Source of the DNA: Hydrolagus colliei
Lineage: Eukaryota
DNA length: 64,000 bases
Reading direction: 5' to 3'
Assembly: GCA_035084275.1 (NCBI GenBank)
Contig: CM068748.1
Coordinates: 12,462,001-12,526,000 of the forward strand
The notes under the pieces are model-generated. The model was given only the letters and a program-made list of their open reading frames with translations, searched no databases and was not told the DNA's origin. Position 1 is the first letter of the stretch. Every line of letters begins with the position of its first letter. The position numbers were made by a program, and so were the translations under genes. Shown here in pieces: positions 28,301 through 40,300 of this stretch.

Positions 28301-31300
28301 TTGTCTATCTTCCCTCATATTTCTTTGACCAACTCCATCTGTCTTGTCTACTTGCCTCATTCCTTTGAGCCTCCTCACATTGTAAGCTGCGCTTATATCT
28401 ATCTACCTAGGTCTAGAATTGCAGGTTGCAGTCTTCCAGTTTACATTCTTTCTAGATTACTTCTTTCACATAGTTTATTTCAAACATTTTAAAAATTATA
28501 TATATAGATATATACATATATATCTATATATATTTGGCTTTGCTGAGGCAAACATTTTGCTGCAGGTCAGAAAATCTAATGCTAATATATCTTTAAGATA
28601 GGCAAAATCAATCCGAAGGCTACCTTATCATCTAATCAATCAAACAATGCATCTGAGCCCAGACATTAAGTAATCCTCTTCAGACACTTAAATCTGATAA
28701 ATATGACCTGATGTCATATTCGAGAGGACAGAATTTAAAAGGTTTTAGTAATCTATTTTTTTTACATAGCTTTGTCATTATGACAAGCAAACAAGCCATA
28801 TTTCATTTGGTTATTGCCCTAATTTGAAGTGAATGCAGCAAGCTTTCACACTGCAATTCGATAAAGCTCTGGCATCTATCATCAATATGAATAAAGAATG
28901 ACAAAGAAGCGTGAGGGCCACACAAAACAAACCGTGAGTTACACAGGCCAGCCTGGTGGGTGTTGGCAGTGTCGTAATGGATCTGTGACATCCACAAAAC
29001 AAGTACCCAAATTCAAATGTGTCACTGGATAGGAGGGGTAAGTGAGCACAAAGCAGAGGCAAGGGGCTTTCACACAGATCAGAGGGCTAACATGAAGAAC
29101 CTTCTAACTGGAAGATATTGATAAAACCAAGCAGCAGTCTACCAGCTCTCTCAGCTGGGGATGTTGCACATTTTGCAGGAGACTAAGCAGAGTGATGGGA
29201 AAATCCACGTACATAAATGAGGTTTAAAAAAATCTGCACAATATGCGTGCACGTCTTTATAATTTTTCAGGATACATTCAAACAGGTTATTGAAGCTGAA
29301 ATATTTCATCAGCAGCGAATTCTCACTCCTTACCTCCCACATTCCTTGGTGAGACTGCGTCTTGAGTTTTAAGGTCCAGTCTGATCCAGTGGCGTCTGCA
29401 CAGTGGGGGATGCTTAGTACAACAGGTCGACACAGCAGCATCCCTGTAGGGCCACAGGTTACCATGGGACTTAGGACATTCTGTGAACCATCAGATGGGG
29501 GCCTTTGAAAAATAATATTCAGAGCTCAGTCATCATTGAAGCAACAAACAAGGCAGTTTTCCCATCCAGAATTTTTCTTAGCACAGTATTCACAGAAAAT
29601 TGAACAAATAGGCTATTATGTTTACCTCAAGGGGGCAGCACAGTCTTTTTTAAAAAAAAACCTTAAAAGGAACATTCTTATAGTTTTGATAGTGTTTTTG
29701 TTGCTGATTTACACTTGTATAATTCACACACACAAAAAAAAGAAAGTAGCAATACTCTGACAGCTGACTCTTGAGATGAGGCCAGGGATGAAGTCTAGTA
29801 TAAGGAATGTTTTCACAATGCAGGAGTAGAAATTCCCCTTGGTACTAGAGTTACTCTATTTAACATAGTATTTTAGAGTGCACAGAATTTGGCAAATTGT
29901 TCAGTTTACTTTCAACTAGGAAGCTCGTTTTCTGTCATTAAAAGAGCTTTCAAGACTCACCTCTGAGACAATTGATTTAGTTTGTAGAGGTTTGTTATTG
30001 AGCTTGTGATAGGAGAGAGAAGCTTGTGATACAATCAACAGGTGAAAAACAAATGCATGGCAAGCACCATCCTGCAGCAATAATAATGGGTGTACAGTAC
30101 ATACACCTCTACACACACACACACAAACTGACAGAATAATTTGTTGCAACAGTGAGAAAGAAGTCAGGTGCTTCTTTCACCAACAATATTTCAATGTCTT
30201 CTGAAGCTACTCACTTGCATTAAATTTAGGGCATTTTTATTGGCCTTCAAATAACAATGATGAGCTACTGTATTAAAACAAATCTGAATTACTTTAAGAA
30301 GGATAAATAAGTGCACTGTACTTGTGAGGCTTTCTTTTTTTGGCTTGTGTAGACTAACTCCCTTTAGTGCACTTGTTTATTTGGAGGATCATTGGATACG
30401 CCTCATAAATTTTCTCTCAACAAGCATTACCAAAACAACATTTTATCTATCTTTGTGAAAATTTACAACATATACAACATTTCTTTAAAAAAATGTACAC
30501 AGTATGTAAGACCACCACTGCTCTGGTAGTCCTATATACTGTATGAGTAAAGTTTTTGGAGCTATTCTTCCAGGGTCATAGCTTGCCAGAAAATTTCCCA
30601 ACAAAACCCATGTAAAAGGAGCCAGGAAAGAGAAGGAATGGTGGTGACTTATAAGACGAAGGTCAAATGCATGTTATTGTGGAACTTGAACATGGTGCTG
30701 CAATTGAATGTTGTTAGCACAACAAGTTCTGCATTACTGAGGTGTTACTGTACAGTTGCAGTGCTTAGGGTCATTGTGTCATTCTGTCTTCAAAAAATTC
30801 CTAAGAAATTTTCTCCTCGACCTTGTCTAGGTGAACATACCAGCTTGGTGTCATCTTTGTAAAGCAAAGGAGCAGTTTCTCTACGGGAAGTGGCATACGA
30901 TTGCAGGCTGTTGTGTACATGGTGCACATACCATGCATCAAATATTCACATTAGAAAGCATAATGGAGTCCTGCAGCTCAGTGGTTAGAACACTCGCCTT
31001 ACAAGTGGGAGACCTGGGTTCAATTCTAGGCAGGGTGAAACCTTGGGAAAGTTTCCTTAATACACACGCCTAATAATAATTCCCCCCCCACCCCAAAATA
31101 ATAATAAATTGGTCATTTCAATCCATGACTGTTTGTGGGACACTGCTATGTGCAATTGGCTGCCCCATTTTGCCCACAAATCTACAGTCAATTTACAGTA
31201 TATTCTGCAAAGCGCTTTGAGATGTCTAGATGTGAAAATACACTATATCAAAACGCAAGGATTATTATTATAATGCTGTACTTACAGTGTGTTCTCCCTC

Positions 31301-34300
31301 TTGTTGATTATTAGATACATTTCATAGAATTTGCCCTGAGGAATTGCCCCCTGGGGTACCAATAGGCTGACACCTGATGAGAAAAGGAAAAGGGTAAAGT
31401 TTCTTCTAATATTGTAGGAAGAATCAAGATGGATCATAATTATACTTTTAATGTAGAACATGATATCAAACTATATTTTAGATCGAATAGTGTATCCTCC
31501 ATCAAGGCAATAACATTGTATTCCAACCACCTTTAATATTCCACAATCTCCATTACACTGCTGTTTTGAGCAGCCAATTTGTCATTGACATCCTCTCTCT
31601 GTAACAGGACCAAAACAGTAGAATAATCCATAGCTCCAGGTGCTCAGTGGATGGCTGACATCCTAGATGAATACTATAGCAACAGCTCGCTTTGGATAGA
31701 GTCATTCACACAAAATTAATACCTTGGAAGTGGTTACAGAAGAGATCCAAGCCTTCCAAACTGAATAGGCTGTCAATATGGCTGAGGTTGTTGAAGTATT
31801 GAGTTTCTCCTCCTTGGCATTGCTTGCATGTTTGGTAAACTCAAGTCATGAATCAAGCTGAAGGATTCTTAGGCAGAATATCATTAATGCTCAAATTTTG
31901 AACCTTGATCATTTTGTATTTTGTTGGAAATTCCTGACATTTGGAAAAGGAAATTCTGCCGAAATATTAGAATTCTTGCGCCCCGAAGTGACCTCACTGA
32001 ACAACTTCTGCATAGAATTACAAAGATCAGTTTATGGTTCATAAACTAATCCGAATGTGTCATCTTATTCACTGCCTTCCATCTGTCACACCTGCAAAAT
32101 GCTACAGAAATCTGCAGTTTATCTACATGGACTAAAGCGGTACAGGCTCTCTGCTTGAGGCTTAAAATCCAGTCTGCCATCCTTGGTTCTACATCATTAC
32201 TGAACAGAATGAGAGAATTTTTCTGAGCGAATTGGGAGCTGTCCTAATCATGCCAATGTGCCTCAGGGGAGCTGGTCTTAGAAAGTCACCATGTAACAAT
32301 TTACTCAGAAATAATCCATGGTTTTCATACTCATTATTCTAAGTAGAAGTGGTAGACTAGATCTCATTCTGATCATTTTTCTCTTTGATCGTGCTTACAC
32401 TCATCTTCCCCTTCCCCCTGGCTCGGCCTTGGGCTCCGTCATTGTGAACCACTCTGAGATTTTGCCCGATGTGGAGGGTGCTACATAAATGTAAATTGTT
32501 GTTATTGTTGTATTTTCCACTTGGTGAATACAGTGGTACGCCAGAGTCTTCTATTGCAAGAGGCTTTAATATGTTTACAATCTATGTAAGAGTATCCGAT
32601 TGCTTCCTATTCACTCATTAAAGAAACACACACAGAACATCCTCTCTATATTACAACACTCGCTATAACAAGTAACAAATGACCATGTCCACCCTTTCAA
32701 CGGCTTCATTTCTGAAATCTTTACAGAGAACCCATTTAAAGCAATGTCTCTTAACACTTCCCTGACTACGAAATGCCTCTTCAACATGAACTTACATTAC
32801 ATTTCCCTATCACTCCCAGTTCTTCACAAGTAATTATTATCAAATGCAGAGATTTTGTTTCTATGAAACATGACAGCCATTTGTGCCAAATAAGTCTCAC
32901 AAATAGACATGGGGAGGATCAATTTATCTGGAGCGTTATTGCCCTGGACACAAGAAGAATTTCCCTTCTCTGTTTGAATAGTAGGTGGAGATCTTTTATG
33001 TTCACCTGAACAACAAACAGGCAGGACCTTGATTCAGCCTCACTTCGATAGAAGATCTGGTGATCAATGAGTGACACCCCCCACTTCACACTCCCAGTCC
33101 TGGATTAGAGTCAGTCAACACGATGAGCTCAAGTCTCAACACAGATCTTGTATCCATAATCTTCCGTCCCAGAGCCAATTTTTAACATGATCTTGTGTAG
33201 AAAGTGCATTTCCTTATAAATGTCAGTCTTGTCCTATATAGTAAAGGTAGATACAGTATTAGGCGCAACGGGACATAATGGTGAAAAAGTACAGAGGGAG
33301 CAAAGGTAGGATTGCAAAGCTTATGGAATAAAGCTTCTTTCTAACATTTTGATGTGTGATACATGCTAAAATGAAATACAACTGAGTAGAGAGCAGTCAT
33401 CTGTGTTGTTATTATATTTTGTAATGAACAAACAATACTCTCAGTGATACTCAGTGACAAGAGTGTAAGTCTATAGTGCCTTAAGGAGTAATTGCTTCTA
33501 ATAGTTGTCTTGCAGGTTTCTGCATGATTTTATATTCACATACACTAAACTGCTGAGGCCATTTTTAATCTACAACGATGCTGACATTTAAAGAATGCTT
33601 GTGTCAAAAGTAATGAAATCTGTTTTAGAGTCTTAAGTGCTGCAGTGTCTGTAATGAAAGTTTGGTTTTCGTTAATGTACTTGACAGATGACATTTATCA
33701 AACTATAAATTTATATCACCGCAGATTTTGTGGAATGTTTTGCACTATAACTTTTTTTAAAAAAAGATGTTGGTACAGGAGTAAGAGCAGAAATTGGTAT
33801 TAACTTTACTTTATTAGTTTTTGTGATTCTGAACTGAAACAGGAAATTACAACAAAAAAGAAACGTTGCTTTACATGTGAATTCAATCGTTTCCTTTGGA
33901 TTGGAGCCAGCTGTTACCTTTTCCTTGTCTGAATAGAGACAAGTGTAGTTATGATATAAATTTTGGTGCTATATAATACGAGAGGCGGAAGCGACCTGTG
34001 ACCTGAAATTAACATGCTTGGGGAGTTTTAAGGTAATGTAAACATTATATTAAGGTGTCAGTATTTCCTCAATCTGCCCCAGCACTTTATGTGGTGTATT
34101 GTATCACCAGCTGCCCGAGATCCAGAGCTGACTGATGGCCAGCAGCCAAACACTCTTAAATGAAAGATCGTGTTACTGTCTAACATCATTGCACTAATCT
34201 ATCGGTAAGTGCTGGCAGTTTTCTGTTAAGTGTTAAGTTATCCTCCTTTCCATTTCACAGCATATACCAGTTGAACTGCACCTGAAATATTTCTGCCAGA

Positions 34301-37300
34301 CATGAGCTGCACTTTTAGGAGAAATTCCAGGGAACAAACAAAAATCCTCATGTTGCTAAGTGCCATGACATAGATTACGCTAACCCCTGACATTCCGTCC
34401 CTGTTATCGTAGATCATCAATGTCATTGCAATGAACCACACCACGCGAGGAAGGTTTTATTCATGGATACTGAGAATTTACATATGAAACCAAATTCTCC
34501 CAAGGACCCCTGACAAAGCCTTCAGTTCAAATATGCATAATTGGGGTTATCAGAATGATCTTGCTGTACTGTGTTTTGCCAAACTGCACACTGTAAAAGG
34601 GGGCTATGAGATCAAAAGGAAGGAGTGGGTAGGCTGGAAATCTGAAATAAGTGGAGACATTACTGGGAATGCACAGGTCACTCACTATTTGAAAGGCAGG
34701 GTAAAAGTGCAGGTGTGACCCTCTCAAGCTTCATGAAGGGTCATACGAAACTTTAACCCGAGCTTTCTTTTGCATGTGCTGAAAGATCTGCTGTGTTATT
34801 TCCAAGGTACATTATCTGAGAGGCTAGCGTGCTCAGGTGAAGAGATACGTTCATTTTGAAATGTGACTGTACATAGGATTTTCTGGTAACCAGATGTTCA
34901 TAAACCTGTGGTAATAATGTTATGGTGATCACATCTCTGTTGTGGATGTCAAGGGGCTCGGACCATATCAGTGCCTTCAGCTGTTGAAAAAAATCCACTG
35001 AAAAGTGTACTTTCCCCTTCCTGAACTCATATTAAATAAGACAGTAACTGCAAGGCATTCTAAGTTGTCGAGGTGCCTTACATACATAAGATAATGAGTA
35101 CTGAGGGATTGAGATAGTTTATGCAGAAAATAATGGACAATTGTTACTGAATTATGGAATGGTGATCTTAACTGAGGGCCTCAAATTGTTTCTATGTAGA
35201 ATAAAGAATCCCTCGGAGTAAGTTACAAACCAGTTAACAAATCCAATTACTTTCTTATTACAATCTGAACCACTCAGTGAAATTACTGTCTGATAGTTAC
35301 CTCCGGGTAGCTATTATTCTCTATCTACTCAAACAATTCCTTACAACCGATATCGTTCACATGATGCCTGTTTTTTGGTAAGGAATGCAATGCTCACAGC
35401 AAGTGGCAACATTTCCTCCACACCTTCCCCTCCTCCGCCACATGTTCATTTCCAAAAGGCAATGGCAGAGGCAATGGCACCAATGTCAACTGTTAAGCTT
35501 CCAGCAGCACATTCATCACTGAACTTTGGAAAATACCCAAAGTTGTGCTAATGGAGACATTGCAAAGTTAATGCAATAAATAGCATCGTAAATATGAATG
35601 TCATCATCCATTAATAACATAAAAACAGACCAAAAACAAATGAAGTGCACCCACAAAATTGACAGTAGGAATTGGAAACTAATGCTAGACATATTTGGCT
35701 GAATCTAATCTCTCAAATAACATAGAGAGAAACTATTTGATCTTCACTCTTGAATCTTCTGATAAGATTACTGTCTTATAAATCACCCTGAACCATTCCC
35801 TCTTCACCACACTGCACCACAGCTAAAATGTGAAACTCATTACAAGCAGAGTTACACACACACACATACTCAAAACACAAACCTGAATTAAGCACTGTGA
35901 GGCGACCACCCAAACAGCCGAAGGTTCCACTCGCACTGTTCCCGGGCTCCCTGGGCAGTGTGTTCAGATGCTGAGAGCTGAGCGCTTTGTTCCTCATGTT
36001 CATAACATTATTGTCCCTACTGTTTCCTCCTGGGTAAGTACCCAATGGTGCCTTCCCAGGATGATCAATTCCGTCTGTCAGTCCAGCAGTGGTTGTTGAA
36101 GAATTATATACTTTAATCTTCAGGCTTGGCAGTGGGTCAAGTAGTGGAGAGTTTGTCATTGGTATCTTGTCAGCTGTGTCCTGCAGGGTGTACATGGGTC
36201 CTCGATAAGAGCCAGCGCTGGCTGTCAGATCTGGTTGCATAGAGGAGTTGAGCAACTGAGGATGATCTGTAAAGGGAAAAACTCAAGTTAATAGAAGTGA
36301 AATTTGGTTATGCACAAGATACGGCCAATTCAATGCCCCAAGAAACACAGCCTTTTTCATTGGTATAAAATAGGGTTTAAATCATTCACTTTCATGCTGC
36401 TATATTTTAAAAAAATCTCGGGCACTTGGATACGATGGTGAAACTACTTTCTCTGCCCCCACCTCCCAATCCTATCCAGTTTGAAAATATAGAAATTTGG
36501 TTTCTATCCAAAAAGAGAGTCAGCACAGGTATCCCAGAATGAGGAATATTTGTTTCTGCCAATCTATTGGGAGTGTCACAGCAATTCTTTGTTGCAGTGC
36601 TGGTCTATATTAATTACAGTCAGTACATATTTCACACTCACATTGATGGCTCCCTTCCCATGTAGAAACAAGCTACACTTTTTCTCACCATTGCATTAAA
36701 TCTTTGTCTTGCAGCTGCTTTACGGACAGCAACCATTAGACTTGTCAATATTGGAACAATTATGCAGAGTGACTAACTGCTTCTTAGGAGGAAGTATTGC
36801 CTCCTATGAATGTACCATTTAACAGATTCCTAGTGAAGAAAATGGGGAATAAAGCGTGAGTTGCATTTACAAGACAAATGGCCCTGGAAGTACAATGGAG
36901 CAGTTTTTCAAACCAATTTTATCTTGTGGGTTTGTGTGTGTATATTTGTAACATAAAAGCAACCAATGTCACCCTCCCCTCTGCCCCCAAGGAGCAATAC
37001 ACATGTAGTGCACACTTGAATTCTGATAAACATCCAGCTAACTGGACAGTAAATTCTAGCCCAGGGTTTGGATATTTAGGAACTGCAGCTAAAAGTAAAA
37101 CTTTTTGTAAATCTTGTGACTTAATGAAGCCTGTTGAATCATTCATTCCACAATTCAATCGAGACAAACATAACAGAAGACGTTAAACATCACACAGAAG
37201 TGATGAGGCGCTTGAAAGCCGCTGCTGCCTTCAGAAGAATTACTGCAGCAACTATGAGTGAGGCCACAGAAGTCCAGGACATTGTCACTTCACCAATGTT

Positions 37301-40300
37301 GACCCTTTTCCCTCAGTCATTTTCTCCCCTCCTCAACGTGAAGGTTTAGGGTTTTGCTGGATATGGTTTTTGCATGGTCAGATGACCTCGATACCTCAAC
37401 CAAGTGGCCATTTTTCATGGGACTGACCAGGCAGTGAGCATCCAAAGCTTATTTCCTTGGGAAAGGGAGGCATTGGGTGCTTGCCCTGCTCTCAAGCTAC
37501 CTGCCCAACTATCAGATGGTATGTTGAGGATAGCTCAGAGCAGGCTTCATCCTGTCTCACAACTTGAATTGCATTGCAGTTAAGGTCCAAACACTCAAAA
37601 GCAAAAGGGGAAACAGACCTTTACTATGATGAATGTACACACCATCAGGAACCTTTTCTGCAGCTCTTTTACAGATCGGAAATATGAAAAAACAATTAGT
37701 GTAAACAATTTGATTCAATATTTCGGTACCAATATCAGATAGAAGTTACTGAGCCCAACTACAGGTGTTCCCTAGATTTGTTATTGTACCTTTCACGCCC
37801 CAAAGCGTTTCAGGGGTAAAACTGTGCAGTTCAGTGTGTACTTTGCAGGCAAACATGGCAGCCAATATGTACAAAGTAATTTACGTTCCACAAAGGAAAT
37901 AAGGAAAAGCAGCTATTCCATTTTAAGTTGGTATTCTGCTGATTGATGTTTGCAGCATATTCCCATGTGAATTATTACAACAAATTTTTCAATAGAACAT
38001 CAGCCTTACATTTGCATTAACCGAATCATCACAGAATATGTTCTTCACTGCCAGCCTTGTAATTGAAATAAAAATCAATTGCAATAAAAGACTGTAACTT
38101 TAGCTGTCATTGTGACTCGCATTGTATTGGCATCTCATCAAAATAACTAAATGGAACTGCATTACTTTCCAGCCAGCAATACCATTTGCAATATTCAAAT
38201 GACTGCAAGTTTCTCCCGTTCTCATTAAACAGCAAGAAAACACATTATAGTATTCATGCACACGTCAAAGTTTAATAATTTAGAAGAAAAACAGACATGA
38301 GGGAAATTACTGCTACCAATGTCTGTATTGCTGGGGAAGGAAAAGAAATCCTTTCCAAACCAAAGTTTCATAAAGAATGTTTTTCACACACACAAACTGC
38401 TGCTCCATCTGAAAAATCACATTCTCTGCGGCTTGCACTACATAATTCCTGCCAGTTCTTCATCGAATAAAGGATCATGTTACTGCTTGTCTGAAGAAGT
38501 GAACTGCTCTTTGAGATTTACCGCTAGTAGAGCTCAATGAACAATACGGTGCGCAAGACAAACTCCCTCTACAGGGACCCTAGGTTATATACAGGTCATG
38601 TTGAAGGCCACAAAGAGTTCACCAGAGATCTACAGATTGTTTGTTGGAACACAGTTGTGGGCAAGATGTAGAAGCAAATGTAAACTAATATTTCACAAGA
38701 TTGGTGTGGATAAAGAAGGCCCTTTGTTCCACCTGATCTCATCGTCCCAGAACACCCAGCCTACCATTGTCTGATCACAGCATCAAGCTGGTTTTTAAAA
38801 TGAGTCTAATGCCCTGACCTCAACCACTTTCCCTAATCATCTTTTGTAGACATTTGATTACTCTCTGCTTCACATGTATGGATATTGTTCTGTGGAACTC
38901 GCACTGACCTGAACCTCATAATATACCTGTCTTGAAGCGTTGACCAGCCATTTATCCATGCTAAAAAATGTCTGAGGTCTCGATTGTTCAGTTGGTTAGA
39001 AAGCAGCGCTAATGTCACTTTCTTTCCAAAGCACAATTGCCACTGATGTAGCTCTATGAAGGAGATAACAATATGTACCAGACGATTGTCCACTTACCGT
39101 GCCTGGCAGTCTTGAAGTTCACAGGCTGAAAGCCTCCAGTCAGAGCTGCGGAGGAGTCTGTGATGTCTGTGTCGAAGTCCCGGCAGCTCCTCTTGTACAC
39201 GATGATGCCAACCACAAGCAAAATAATTACGAAGATGAACACAGCCACAACTAGACCTGCGTACAGAGCCACGTCGGCAGTTGCCTCTATAGCTGAAATA
39301 AAAAAAAGATGCTTCACATTAGCTGCAATGTGGATCAAAACCCGGGTCGAATTCTGGAAAAGATTGGCTGGCAAACTTTGTCCGTGAAGTAACAATCTAT
39401 GAATTATTAAACGTGTTCAGTAATCAGTCAGCATAGTAGTGATTCCACAAGCTGAGTTTTATAGTGGAACCCTGTTATATAACGTGTGTCCAATTATAAC
39501 GCAAGTTAAACTTCACGGTTGTGGAGCCTGACATTTTCTTACCTAAACCTTCTGATATTGCACCTTCCAAATACAGTTGCGTCGCCTAATGTGATCACAT
39601 CCATTCTTGTCCTTTTGACAACATTGACCAGCTGATAACATTAACCAAAAATCAGTTCATGAGGGGATTGCTGGGGAATTGGTTAGGAGGTCACAATGCA
39701 ACCCCTTTCGTAGAGAGACGGGATGGTGTGGTATATAATAAAACAACTCAAAAGCGAGGGAAACGCTCATTAAAATTCCTACAGAGTAAAACAACATTGT
39801 ACTGGTGACATTGATGTGCAATTCCTTTTTTTTCCTACCCCCTGCCCTCTCCTTGGTGAAACCTGGTACAGCCACCTGCAGATGAAAGAGGTTCCCCTTC
39901 CCTACACAAGATGGGGTGAGTATAATTGGAGGCTCTCCTCTCCTAGGTCAGCTCTAAGCCACAGTGAACAAAGTACGTGCTGTTGCACTCCCTCCGCCAG
40001 CTCGTGCTAAGCAGCCACTCAATCAGTACTGGATCCAGGCCGTGTTCAATCCAGAACCCCGCACACCACCTGCCTTTGTAGGCATCAGTGACTCTTGCTT
40101 CTCCCATTGGTTTGCTGCCGCGCCCCGTCCTGCCTGCCTGCCCTCCCACATGTGACAAGCGCTCAGCTGGCAGTCTCATCCCATGAGAGTGACTGATAGA
40201 GACACTATCCCATCTCTCTCCCCATCTCCAGCTCGGGGTAAGAGATTTGAACATAAAGGTCGGATTTTAATTTGATAACATTAACTGTCAGATTGTTAAC

